A DNA stretch of 64,000 bases from Acidimicrobiales bacterium (GTDB taxonomy: Bacteria; Actinomycetota; Acidimicrobiia; Acidimicrobiales; RAAP-2): positions 536 through 64,535 of the forward strand of contig DASZHK010000107.1 in NCBI GenBank assembly GCA_035937905.1, in the 5' to 3' direction. Below the pieces are notes generated by a model. The model searched no databases. It was not told where the DNA came from and worked only from the letters and a program-made list of their open reading frames with translations. Positions 1 to 9,642 of this stretch are shown piece after piece. The translations under genes were made by a program, and so were the position numbers. Every line of letters starts with the position of its first letter. Positions within the stretch are counted from its first letter, which is position 1.

Positions 1-59
1 CTCTTGCGACTGCCTACAATCAATGCCAGCGAAGCACCAGGCTGTCGCGAGGAGGCACC

Positions 60-1529
60 GTGAGCGACGATGTAGCTGAGCGAATGGGCACCGGGTCTTC
101 CGGCGTCCTACGAATCGAAGAAAACGGCATCAACGTCATCGCCGAGAACGAGCGCAAGGGAACGCCCCGCGACCTCTTCTGGCCGTGGTTCGGCGCGAAC
201 GTTTCCGTCCTCGGCCTGGGCTACGGCTCCTACGTTTTGGGCTTTGGCATCTCTTTCGTCCAGGCCCTCGTGGTCGCCGTCATCGGCACCGTCTTGAGTT
301 TCTGGCTCTGTGGCGTCATCGCCACGGCGGGCAAGCGCGGCTCCGCGCCCACGATGGTTCTCTCTCGTGCGGCGTACGGCGTTCGCGGGAACCGACTTCC
401 TTCAGCCATCTCGTGGTTGCTCTGTGTCGGGTGGGAGACCGCTCTCACCGTCATCGCGGTCCTCGCGACCAACACCGTCTTCGTACGTCTCGGGTGGGGC
501 GGCGGCGACGGGCTGAAGGTGGTCGCGATGTTGATCATCGCGGCACTGATCATCGGCGGCGGCGTGATGGGTTTCGACCTCATCATGCGCATGCAGGTGA
601 TCATCACCGTCATCACCGGCATTCTCACCATCGTCTTCATCGCTCTCACGGTCAAGCACATCAGTTGGCACGTGGTGAGCCACGTGCACAGCGGATCGTT
701 CCAGTTGACCATCGGCGCGCTGGTGTTCGTCATGACGGGATTCGGTCTCGGCTGGGTCAACGTCGCGGCCGATTACTCGCGCTACCTCCCGCGTAGTGCT
801 TCGTCAAAGGGCGTGGTGTGGTGGACCACCTTTGGTGGTTCCGTCGCGCCGCTCGTCCTCATCGCCTTCGGTCTGCTCTTGGCGGGATCGTCGTCGTCAC
901 TCGCGACCGCCGTTGGGGCTGACCCCGTCGGCGCGCTCGCGACGTTGCTACCCACGTGGTTCCTCGTACCCTTCGTCATCGTGGCCATCCTCGGGCTCGT
1001 CGGCGGCGCCGTGTTGGACATCTACTCCTCGGGACTCGCGCTGCTGTCGGCGGGACTAAAGATTCCGCGCTACGCCGCGGCGGGTGTCGACGGCGTCATC
1101 ATGTTGATCGGCACCATCTATATCGTCTTTGGCAAGCAGAACTTCTTGAATCAGTTCGAAGGCTTCCTCATCACCGTGGGCGTCTTGATCGCCGCCTGGG
1201 CGGGTGTCTTCTTGGGTGATCTACTCATCCGCAAGAAGAACTACGTCGACGCCGACCTCTTCCAGTCGTCCGGACGTTACGGGGACCTGCGCGTCGTGCC
1301 GATCGCGGCGACGATCGTCTCGAGCGTTCTCGGCTGGGGACTCGTCACCAATAACTACGCCTCGTGGCTCACGTGGCAGGGCTACCTGCTGAAGCCCTTC
1401 GGTCTCGGTGGCAAGACCGGTCACTGGGCTTACGCCAACTTGGGCGTCATCGTGGCGCTGGTCTTCAGTTTCGTGCTGACGATCCTCTTCACTCGTACCG
1501 AGATCGTGCGCGAAGAGGCGCTCGCCTAA
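60..1529 (+). CDS. NCS1 family purine-cytosine permease (CodB-like)
   Basis: 489-aa, ~12 TM helices; N-terminal 'ERKGTPRDLFWPWFGANVS' and 'GWVNVAADYSRYLP' motifs typical of NCS1/CodB; GTG start. Confidence 0.85.
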   Translation: MSDDVAERMGTGSSGVLRIEENGINVIAENERKGTPRDLFWPWFGANVSVLGLGYGSYVLGFGISFVQALVVAVIGTVLSFWLCGVIATAGKRGSAPTMVLSRAAYGVRGNRLPSAISWLLCVGWETALTVIAVLATNTVFVRLGWGGGDGLKVVAMLIIAALIIGGGVMGFDLIMRMQVIITVITGILTIVFIALTVKHISWHVVSHVHSGSFQLTIGALVFVMTGFGLGWVNVAADYSRYLPRSASSKGVVWWTTFGGSVAPLVLIAFGLLLAGSSSSLATAVGADPVGALATLLPTWFLVPFVIVAILGLVGGAVLDIYSSGLALLSAGLKIPRYAAAGVDGVIMLIGTIYIVFGKQNFLNQFEGFLITVGVLIAAWAGVFLGDLLIRKKNYVDADLFQSSGRYGDLRVVPIAATIVSSVLGWGLVTNNYASWLTWQGYLLKPFGLGGKTGHWAYANLGVIVALVFSFVLTILFTRTEIVREEALA

Positions 1530-1564
1530 AGGTCGGATCTCCCACCCGTCGCGGTTGGCGGGCG

Positions 1565-1804
1565 CTAGGACTTCTTGGTTATCAGCTCGAAGCCCCACCA
1601 GAGGGCCCACGCGAGCGCGCCCGTCGTCACGACAGCGAGAGTGACGCCAAGAATTCGAGCGAAGGTAGGTCGACCGGTATCGCGGGCAGTCGAAAGCGCC
1701 GCGAGTCCAATAGAGAACACGACGACGACTCCGACGCCGGCGAGCACGGCGACGAGGACCACGTGACCAAGCAGCGACCAGTCAATGAGGGAAGTGGCGA
1801 TCAC
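1565..1804 (-). CDS. small 2-TM membrane protein downstream of Pit transporter
   Basis: 79 aa, two hydrophobic helices, co-oriented 24 bp after pit stop. Confidence 0.7.
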   Translation of the reverse strand: MIATSLIDWSLLGHVVLVAVLAGVGVVVVFSIGLAALSTARDTGRPTFARILGVTLAVVTTGALAWALWWGFELITKKS

Positions 1805-1828
1805 GGACTGTCGAGACGTCGAGGATAC

Positions 1829-2980
1829 TTAGGCCGCGACGACGGCAGAAGCGTCGAGAGGTGCGACTGGGTCGCCCCAGAGGTCGTTCACGTTCGTCGA
1901 GTTCACGGCGTGGCGACGTGATCGCTTCATCAAGAACGCCACGTACGCACCAGCCACGAGTGCCAAGACCACGACGCCGAACGTTCCGCCGATGAGATGG
2001 GCAACGTAGTAGGAGAAGGCGCCGAAGAGGCCCGCCGCCGGCAAGGTGATGACCCACGCCATGGCTACGTCAGCGGCCAGTCGCCAACGCACGGGCTGAT
2101 TGGGTGTCGCGGCACCGACGCCCACGATCGATCCGGTGGCGACGTGGGTCGTCGAGAGCGGTAGCCCCATGTGCGACGACGTCAAGATGACGGCCGACGA
2201 GGCGATCTGCGCGGCGAAACCCTGTTGAGGCGTCAAGTGCGTGAAGCCTTGACCCATGGTGCGAATAATGCGCCATCCCCCGAAGAACGTGCCCATCGCG
2301 ATCGCGACGGCGCAACAGACGACGACCCACGCGGGCGTCGAGGAGTTCGACGACAGCGTGCCGTTGGCGATGAGGGCCAAAGTCACGACGCCCATTGTCT
2401 TTTGCGCGTCGTTGGTGCCGTGCGCGATGGAGAGTAACGACGACGATCCGATCTGTCCTACGCGAAAACCCCACGTCGAGGTGTCTTGATCGACCTTTGC
2501 GGTGAGACGTCTCGCAAAGATGACGGCGACGCCGGCCGCGACAAGGGCGACCAAGGGCGCGAGGCCGGCAGGGATGATGACTTTGGAGATGAGACCGCCC
2601 CAGAGCACGGCGTGACCACCCGCGAGCACCAACATCGCACCAATGACCCCGCCGATCAACGCGTGGCTCGAACTCGAGGGAATTGCGAAGTACCACGTCG
2701 TCACGTTCCACGCAATGGCGCCAATGAGTCCCGCGAAGATGACGGGCAACGTCACGAGATTCTGCGCCACGAGCGCACTCGCGATGGTGGCGGCCACCTT
2801 GAGCGAGAGGAAGGCGCCAACGAGATTGAAGAGCGAGCTGAGCGCGACAGCCGTTCGGGGCTTCAAGGCGCCGGTCGCGATGGTCGGCGCCACCGCGTTG
2901 GCCGTGTCGTGGAAGCCATTAGTGAAGTCAAAGGCCAGCGCAACCGTGACGACGATGGCCAGTAAAAGCGTGTTGTGCAT
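1829..2980 (-). CDS. pit: inorganic phosphate transporter, PiT family
   Basis: Both PiT signatures: 'FTNGFHDTANA' and 'HGTNDAQKTMG'; 'LPLSTTH'. Confidence 0.93.
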   Translation of the reverse strand: MHNTLLLAIVVTVALAFDFTNGFHDTANAVAPTIATGALKPRTAVALSSLFNLVGAFLSLKVAATIASALVAQNLVTLPVIFAGLIGAIAWNVTTWYFAIPSSSSHALIGGVIGAMLVLAGGHAVLWGGLISKVIIPAGLAPLVALVAAGVAVIFARRLTAKVDQDTSTWGFRVGQIGSSSLLSIAHGTNDAQKTMGVVTLALIANGTLSSNSSTPAWVVVCCAVAIAMGTFFGGWRIIRTMGQGFTHLTPQQGFAAQIASSAVILTSSHMGLPLSTTHVATGSIVGVGAATPNQPVRWRLAADVAMAWVITLPAAGLFGAFSYYVAHLIGGTFGVVVLALVAGAYVAFLMKRSRRHAVNSTNVNDLWGDPVAPLDASAVVAA

Positions 2981-3208
2981 GCCTACGTACTACCAAAGGA
3001 ACTTTCGGCTGCAGCGGGAAATATGCCCAATGCGCACACATTTGTCACAGATTTAACCTTCGGATTACCCAGTTGGCGGTGACGTAAATTTCACCGTCGC
3101 TCGACGACGCGGCGTCGCCGATACCCTTTCGCGGCTGGCATCAGCCCTTCGCCAAAAGTTGGGGACTTCACGCTTCTAGACTGACGACGGGTCTGGTGAG
3201 GGAGTTTC

Positions 3209-4240
3209 ATGCGAATCGGTGTTCTAACTGCCGGAGGAGACGCGCCCGGACTCAACGCCGCCATTCGCGCCATCGGCGAAATGGCCCTGCGTGACGGGCA
3301 CGAGGTCATCGGCATCGCGAACGGCTGGGCCGGCCTCGTGGGGGAATTCCAAGGTAAATCGCTGACAGCGGACGAACTCCGCGGCGTCATTGGCCAAGGC
3401 GGTACGTTGCTCGGGACGGCCCGATTCAACCTCGACAAGCCCGCGGGCGGACGCGAATGCGTGCTCGGTGCCATCGAAGAGCACCTCGACACCCTCGTCG
3501 CCATCGGCGGCGACGGGACGCACCGCATCTCGAGCTGGCTCGCCGAACGCGACGCGCCCGTCGTCGGCGTTCCCAAGACGCTCGACAACGACTTGCCCGG
3601 TACCGACTACTGCATCGGCTTCGACACGGCCATCAGCATCGTCGCCGAGTCTCTCGACCGGCTTCACACGACGGCCGCCTCGCACCACCGCGTAATCGTC
3701 GTCGAGACGATGGGACGTTCGACCGGATGGGTGGCGGCACTCGGTGGTCTGGCCGGAGGGGCCGACATGATCGTCATCCCCGAGTTCCCCGTCACCATGG
3801 ATGAGATCGTCGAACACATCAACCGACGCCGAAGTGCCGGTCTCGTCTACTCCATCGTCGTCGTCGCCGAAGGCATCAACCTCACCATCCTCGGTGGCGT
3901 CGAGTCGGAAGAACTCTCCAATGAAGGGATCGGTGGTGTCCGACACGCCACGCGCGGCGTGGGGCACTTTGTCGCCGCGAAGATCGAAGAGCAGGGTGGT
4001 TTCGAAGTACGAACGACGGTCCTCGGTCACCTTCAACGTGGCGGAAGTCCTACCGCGCACGACCGTATCTTCGCCACGCGCGTTGGTGCCGCCGCCTACG
4101 ACGCCGTGATCGCCGGAAAGTTCGGCATGATTCCGGTCATTCGTGGCGACGACGTCGTGCTCGCGCCGCTGTCGACGGTCGCCGTGGGTCAACGAAAAGT
4201 ACCTCGCGAGATCTACGACCTCTGCGCGGTGTTTTTCTAG
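3209..4240 (+). CDS. pfkA: 6-phosphofructokinase
   Basis: 'GGDAPGLNA', 'IGGDGT', 'PKTLDND', 'ETMGR', 'LGHLQRGG' motifs. Confidence 0.95.
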   Translation: MRIGVLTAGGDAPGLNAAIRAIGEMALRDGHEVIGIANGWAGLVGEFQGKSLTADELRGVIGQGGTLLGTARFNLDKPAGGRECVLGAIEEHLDTLVAIGGDGTHRISSWLAERDAPVVGVPKTLDNDLPGTDYCIGFDTAISIVAESLDRLHTTAASHHRVIVVETMGRSTGWVAALGGLAGGADMIVIPEFPVTMDEIVEHINRRRSAGLVYSIVVVAEGINLTILGGVESEELSNEGIGGVRHATRGVGHFVAAKIEEQGGFEVRTTVLGHLQRGGSPTAHDRIFATRVGAAAYDAVIAGKFGMIPVIRGDDVVLAPLSTVAVGQRKVPREIYDLCAVFF

Positions 4241-4244
4241 AACG

Positions 4245-4613
4245 TCAGACGGAGACTCGACCGCGACGCCGACGAAGGTACGCGGCAGTCACGAACCGAA
4301 GACCGAGCATCAGAGCACCGAGAAAAGCCAGCGCCACGATGATGAAGGCGAATGCCGTCCCTTGACCAAAGAGAACGCGCAGGACCATACCTACGGCGAC
4401 CGTGCTCAACCAGACCGTGACGCCACCGCGCCGTGACGAACCGTCGACCCGTCGGAGCGTGAGGTACAGCCAGCCAAGCCCGAGCCCCACGGCGAAGGGC
4501 CAGGTCGTCGAGAGAAAACCCGACAGACGCAACCCGTGGTGGTGTGACGATCGACCGATGCCAACGAAAATCAAGACGACGAGGGCGTCGACGGCGATCC
4601 ATGCACGATTCAT
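4245..4613 (-). CDS. DUF3054 family membrane protein
   Basis: 'DALVVLIFVGIGRSSH...TTWPFAVGL..GW' pattern; start moved to ATG at 4613. Confidence 0.8.
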   Translation of the reverse strand: MNRAWIAVDALVVLIFVGIGRSSHHHGLRLSGFLSTTWPFAVGLGLGWLYLTLRRVDGSSRRGGVTVWLSTVAVGMVLRVLFGQGTAFAFIIVALAFLGALMLGLRFVTAAYLRRRRGRVSV

Positions 4614-4732
4614 ACGTGAAAACTCTATCGACTTAAACCACTCATGCCTTTTGAGCGATTGGAGCCGAATCGAAGAACGAAGAGGCACGTCTCGTTTTTG
4701 GGTCACGAGTGTCTTCTCTTTAGACTGGAGCG

Positions 4733-5221
4733 ATGCACTCGCTCATCAAGTTCGTCGGTCAGTATTTCGTTCTGCTGAGCGTAGTGATCATCGCTCTCTA
4801 CTGGCTTCGCGCGAAGACCAGCATCAAGATCTCGCTCGCCTGGCAACTGGTCGCCGGCGGCGTGCTCGCGCTGGTGCTATCCGTCATTGCATCAAGTCTC
4901 TTCTATGACACCCGACCCTTCGTCACGCACCACCTCACGCCCATCATCGCCCACGCGGCTGACAACGGCTTCCCCTCGGACCACGCCCTCTTCTCGTCGT
5001 TTCTCGCTTTCACGATGCTGCTCTACTCGAAGCGAACGGCGATCGTCCTCTTCGTCATCGCGCTTCTCGTCAGTTGGGCGCGCGTCGCCGCGCACATTCA
5101 CAATCCGATCGACATCGTCGGATCGTTCGTCATCGCTGGCGTCGCGGTGTTCGTCGTACGCGTCGCGACGAAGTGGTGGCGCGGGCGAAAGAAGACGACT
5201 ACCTGGCGTTCGGCGGCCTAA
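4733..5221 (+). CDS. PAP2 family phosphatase (undecaprenyl-diphosphatase BcrC-like)
   Basis: 'RPF', 'FPSDH', 'ARVAAHIHNPIDIVGS' PAP2 motifs; TAGACT 6 nt before ATG (leaderless). Confidence 0.85.
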   Translation: MHSLIKFVGQYFVLLSVVIIALYWLRAKTSIKISLAWQLVAGGVLALVLSVIASSLFYDTRPFVTHHLTPIIAHAADNGFPSDHALFSSFLAFTMLLYSKRTAIVLFVIALLVSWARVAAHIHNPIDIVGSFVIAGVAVFVVRVATKWWRGRKKTTTWRSAA

Positions 5222-5685
5222 GCGCCCTTTCTCAACGTCGCGTCCAGGTGTTCGAGAATCGTTGGCCACGAGTCATGGTGGCGTCGCGCCGACGTCGCGT
5301 CGTAGAAACCCTCGTGCTCGAGTCGAAGTAACGTGCCGCCTTCGATGGGAGTCAGTTCGACGCGCACGACCGTCTCGGCGCAGTCAGTACCGTTGCGGCC
5401 CGTCACCCAGGTCTGCTCTATCAGTCGACCTTCTTCGACGCGAAGAAATCTCCCGTAGTGCGCGTAGCGCTGGCCCTCGTGCACGACGTTGAACCAGTAC
5501 GGTTCGCCTGGCATCGCGCTCATCGCGATCTCACCAGTCGCAGCGAACCACCTGTCGAAGTGGATCGTCCACGCGTCAAAGATTTCCTGAACTGACGACA
5601 CCATTGCGCGTTCCACGATGAAGGAGTGACGACGGTCTGGTGATGAGGTGTCCGCGTTGACGTCGTCATCAATTTGTTCATCCAC
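5218..5685 (-). CDS. SRPBCC/AHSA1-like domain protein
   Basis: 'FIVERAM..SVQEIFDAWT', 'ETVVRVELTPIEGGTLLRLEHEGF' pattern. Confidence 0.8.
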   Translation of the reverse strand: MDEQIDDDVNADTSSPDRRHSFIVERAMVSSVQEIFDAWTIHFDRWFAATGEIAMSAMPGEPYWFNVVHEGQRYAHYGRFLRVEEGRLIEQTWVTGRNGTDCAETVVRVELTPIEGGTLLRLEHEGFYDATSARRHHDSWPTILEHLDATLRKGA

Positions 5686-5831
5686 TGTTTTGCACCTCCG
5701 CTCGCCACGCCTTCGCGCCGAGCGAAGCGTAACGCGGTGCGCTCAATCGGGCGGTGGTCACTATAGATTGAGCGAAGGCGTTCGTCACCACGTTCGCTTC
5801 ATTAGTGAGTTGCGAACGATATTGGAGGACC

Positions 5832-6548
5832 GTGGGCATTGAAGAGGGACCGGGTCCCATTGCGCTGGTGGGGTCGGGCGAATACCTTCCCCAAATGACC
5901 GAGTTGGAAGCAGGACTCATCGCCGGTCGTGCCCCGAGGTACGTGCAGTTGGCAACCGCTGCGGTCCAAGACGGACCGTCGGTTGTCAACCATTGGCACG
6001 AACTCGGTAAGGCGCAAGCCGAACGAATCGGCGTCGAAGCCGTCATCGTCCCCGTGAACGATCGCGCCGACGCGGACAACTCAGAGTTCGCCGACATGAT
6101 CGCGGGCGCGGGGTTGATCTACCTTTCGGGCGGGGACCCGAACTACTTGGCGGACACGCTGCGGGACACGAAGGTATGGCACGCCATCGAAGCGACGTGG
6201 CGTCAAGGCTCAGCACTCGCGGGGTGTAGTGCGGGTGCCATGGCGCTCGGCGCCTGGATACCCTCACTACGTCATCCGCGAAAAGGCAGTATCGCCGGAC
6301 TCGGCATTCTGGAACACCTGGGCGTCATTCCGCACTTCGACGCCTTCGCCGCACGAGTACCCGATCTCTTGACTCGATTCGTCCTCCCAGACGAATCGCA
6401 GATCTCCGTCTTTGGCATCGATGAAGAGACGGCTCTCGTGGGCGGTCCGAAGGAGTGGACGGTCCAGGGCCGTCAAAGTGTCTGGCGTCTCGGCTCTGGC
6501 GGCCGCGAGGAGTTTCCGGTCGGCGCCACCGTCTCCACGCGGGGGTAG
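5832..6548 (+). CDS. peptidase S51 / cyanophycinase-like protein
   Basis: 'IYLSGGDP', nucleophile elbow 'GCSAGAM', 'IPHFD', 'GIDEETA'; GTG at 5832 follows GGAGG. Confidence 0.8.
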   Translation: MGIEEGPGPIALVGSGEYLPQMTELEAGLIAGRAPRYVQLATAAVQDGPSVVNHWHELGKAQAERIGVEAVIVPVNDRADADNSEFADMIAGAGLIYLSGGDPNYLADTLRDTKVWHAIEATWRQGSALAGCSAGAMALGAWIPSLRHPRKGSIAGLGILEHLGVIPHFDAFAARVPDLLTRFVLPDESQISVFGIDEETALVGGPKEWTVQGRQSVWRLGSGGREEFPVGATVSTRG

Positions 6549-6594
6549 ATCGTCAAAACGTCGTGCACTGCGCGCCGAGTTGGCGGCGATGACG

Positions 6595-7800
6595 TTAGCG
6601 ACCGGCGACCCTGTCGAGGTGGTAGCGAATCTGGATCGACGCCGCCGCACCCTCGCCCACTGCGGACGCCAACTGCTTCGTCGAACCTCTGCGCACGTCG
6701 CCCGCGACGAACACGCCGGGTACGTTCGTTCGAAACTGCTCATCGCTCAAGATGAAACCCCGCTCGTCGAGTTCGAGCGCACCGCCAAGGAACGAGGTGT
6801 TCGGATCGAGGCCGATGAAGACGAACGCGCCAATTGCTTTATGGTGACGCCGCTCGCCGGCTACGCGATCTTCGAGTTCGACCGATTCAAGCTGGCCCGT
6901 GTCGCCGCTCTTGAAACTCACGACCTTGGTATTCGTGAGGACGCTCATTTTGGGGTGCGCGAGCACTTTGTCTTGAAGTAGGCGTCCGCCCGCCAGCTTG
7001 TCGGAGTACTCCACCACGGTGACGTGATCGGCGAACTGCGTGAGGAAGAGTCCTTCTTCTAATCCGCTGTTCCCGCCACCAATGACGACGACTTCCTCGG
7101 CGCCGCGATAAAACGGTCCGTCACACGTCGCACAGAAGTGGATACCAGCGCCAATAAGGTCGGCCTCACCGTCCGCGCCCGTGCGTCGATACATCGATCC
7201 CGTCGCGACGAGTACCGCTCGCGCCTCGTAGGCGTCACCCGTCGTCGTCGTCACGGTGACCCAGTCATTCTCCATGCTCACGTCGCTGACGGCAACCGCC
7301 TGAAGGATCTCGACGCCGTAGCGCTCGGCCTGACGTCGCATCCGGTCCGCGAGTTCGTGGCCCGCGACGCCGTCGGGAAAGCCGGGATAGTTGTCGAGGC
7401 GCTCGGTGATCCCGGCTTGGCCGCCAACGGCGGATTTCTCGATGATCAACACGCTCTGGTTCTCTCGTGCGGCGTAGATGGCGGCGGTAAGCCCGGTCGG
7501 TCCCCCGCCTATGACGATGACGTCGTACGTCGAAGACAGTGCGGAGCGATTGATGCCCAATTTCTCAGCGAGTTCGTCGTTACCCGGTTCGACGAGGTGC
7601 CAACCGTCCGGAAAGACGATGGTCGGAATGCTTCGACTGCCACCATTGATTCGTTCGACGAGTTCCGTGGCTTCCGGGTGTTGTTCGAGGTCAATCCAGT
7701 CGTAGGCGACGCGGTGTTGCCCCAAGAACTCCTTAGCTCGACGGCAGTCGGGGCACCAACTCGCGCCGATGACCGTGATCGTATCCTTCGCGAGTTCCAT
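6595..7800 (-). CDS. glutaredoxin/mycoredoxin-like domain fused to thioredoxin-disulfide reductase
   Basis: N-domain 'WCPDC...INGGSRSIPTIVFPDG'; C-part 'GGGPTGLTAA', 'CATCDG', 'GGGNSG', 'AGDVR'. Confidence 0.88.
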   Translation of the reverse strand: MELAKDTITVIGASWCPDCRRAKEFLGQHRVAYDWIDLEQHPEATELVERINGGSRSIPTIVFPDGWHLVEPGNDELAEKLGINRSALSSTYDVIVIGGGPTGLTAAIYAARENQSVLIIEKSAVGGQAGITERLDNYPGFPDGVAGHELADRMRRQAERYGVEILQAVAVSDVSMENDWVTVTTTTGDAYEARAVLVATGSMYRRTGADGEADLIGAGIHFCATCDGPFYRGAEEVVVIGGGNSGLEEGLFLTQFADHVTVVEYSDKLAGGRLLQDKVLAHPKMSVLTNTKVVSFKSGDTGQLESVELEDRVAGERRHHKAIGAFVFIGLDPNTSFLGGALELDERGFILSDEQFRTNVPGVFVAGDVRRGSTKQLASAVGEGAAASIQIRYHLDRVAGR

Positions 7801-8197
7801 TGAGCTCCTCGTAACGATAAAGCCACGCGCTTAGCCGGCTTGACTCGTCACTTTACCGTTCGCTGGTGCGCGAAGGCCACGGCGCCTTCGCCTCCGCCCT
7901 CGAGTGCCCGGTCGTAGCAGGGCGACGCTCGAAAGACGACACCGAGGCGGAGGAACGCTCGCGTCATGAACGGTCTCTCCACGGTCGTCAAACTCGCGGA
8001 ATCTCTGCGTGTAGTGACGACACCCGGCGTAGCGTCGGAGTTGTGCCGCTCGACACGAAACCACTTCAAACACCAACGTGCAATGGCGGTCGTCGAATGG
8101 ACTCCTCTCTCGCGATCGAGCGTGCTACGAGCGCTCCGTTCAAGTTGAAGGCCTTGGCTCACCGGCCGTGACGAATCATCGCCCCGCTGTTCGCGTC

Positions 8198-8761
8198 ATG
8201 TCTTCGATGAAGGAGAGAGTGGTCCGCGACGTGGCGCGAAGTCAGATCGCTTTCGCGTCCTTCATCGCGCTCTGCGTCGCGTTGCACCCCGGCGAAGTAC
8301 TGAAGCGCGACGAAGGTGGTCTTAGTAACTACGGCGTGCACCTCAAAACCGCTGTCGCGTACACGCTGGCCCTCGCTCTCGCGTCGGCGTTCGCGTATCG
8401 TGCGACACGGTCACTTCCGCGCGCACGTCGCGAGACTCGTCAATTCAAGGTCCTTTTGCTCATCTACAGCGGACTCACGCTGCTCACACTCCTCACTACG
8501 TACGGTTACACCCTCGATACTCCTCAGCGAGATCTCCACGTCGCCGTCGGAGTCGCCGTTACTCTTTTCGAGTGCGCGGCGACGCTGTGGATGTACCTCG
8601 TCGTGCGTGATCTCGTCCTCGTGGTCGTCGTAGGGTTCATCGGCTTTGTAGTAGCGGTGTTGACGTTCTTCGGCGTTTTGCACCTATTGTTCCTGACGCA
8701 GGTACTCATCGGCGGGTCCTTCGCTCTCCTCCTCGTGAGAACAAGTCGGGAGTTGGCCTGA
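8198..8761 (+). CDS. multi-pass membrane protein, possibly DUF998-like
   Basis: 5-6 hydrophobic helices, 'GLSNYGV', 'LHVAVG'; start uncertain. Confidence 0.6.
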   Translation: MSSMKERVVRDVARSQIAFASFIALCVALHPGEVLKRDEGGLSNYGVHLKTAVAYTLALALASAFAYRATRSLPRARRETRQFKVLLLIYSGLTLLTLLTTYGYTLDTPQRDLHVAVGVAVTLFECAATLWMYLVVRDLVLVVVVGFIGFVVAVLTFFGVLHLLFLTQVLIGGSFALLLVRTSRELA

Positions 8762-8817
8762 GGAAGATCGGCGAGAACGTCATCGACGCGTCGAGCGACG
8801 TCATCCTCCGATACTCG

Positions 8818-9177
8818 TCAGACGAAGGGACTCGGGCCGGGGGTGTCAGAGCTCGGACCTAATTTGGCACGTTCACGGAGCACCGCTTCGAAAGCGTCCG
8901 GATCGTCGGGCGTGACGAACGGTTTCACCACTTTGCCGTTGTCAATGATGAAACCAAACTTTTTCGCGGGGCGTCGTAGGTCTAAATTCAGCCAGTACCG
9001 AAAGGATCCTGTTCCCCAGATTCGAAGTTTTCCTCGCATCGCGCTGAGCGCGACCCGTCGGATGCCCTTCAGCGCCGAGTAGGGGACGTCCTTGGTACCG
9101 AAAGGAAAGTAGTAGCCGTGTATGCGGAACGACGTCGCGGTGCATTCGATCTTCGAATCCCGGTAACTCTCGCTCAC
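8818..9177 (-). CDS. hypothetical protein (PH-like small domain)
   Basis: 119 aa, natural composition, 'YYFPFGTK.VPY...RIWGTG..RYW.NLD..RP' pattern. Confidence 0.7.
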   Translation of the reverse strand: MSESYRDSKIECTATSFRIHGYYFPFGTKDVPYSALKGIRRVALSAMRGKLRIWGTGSFRYWLNLDLRRPAKKFGFIIDNGKVVKPFVTPDDPDAFEAVLRERAKLGPSSDTPGPSPFV

Positions 9178-9642
9178 GAACGAAGCCTAGAACTGGTCTT
9201 CACGACCTGGCTGAGAGGACGTCGTCAGCAGGAGAACTTCGGGAACGACACCGACGTGGCCGTGGCGAACTTCTTGGGTTTTGCGATCGCGATCGTCTCG
9301 CCCCACTTCGAGAACAGCACGTCGCATGATGCTTTCTGGCCACACACGACGCGTGCCGCAACGTCCATGCCCACGACGGTAAGGTCACGCTGTGGGACCA
9401 CTCCCGATATCTTTCGATTTCTCGAGATCCATGTGGTCGAGGCGAGACGTGCGTCGGCGACCACTCGCCGCCCGGGACTTCCGGTGAGCAAACGATCACA
9501 ACGGGTCGCGCACTACCACGAACTCGAGCGACTCTATTCGCGCCTCGAGTGTCACGAAATGTCGTGGCAAGATACCAGCAACGCCACTCGGCCGGGGCCA
9601 CCAGAAGTAACCGACCTAGAGGTCGAAGGAGGTCCGTCTCAC

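Noticed and set aside
3035-3095. Pho box or CRP site upstream of pit
   Set aside because: Half-site spacing is 9 bp rather than 11, and the GTG-CAC spacer is 10 rather than 8
9118-9642. 175-aa N-terminal extension of the CHAD ORF
   Set aside because: Overlaps the upstream gene, has no domain-like content, and a strong SD precedes ATG 9643; 9178-9640 remains unexplained
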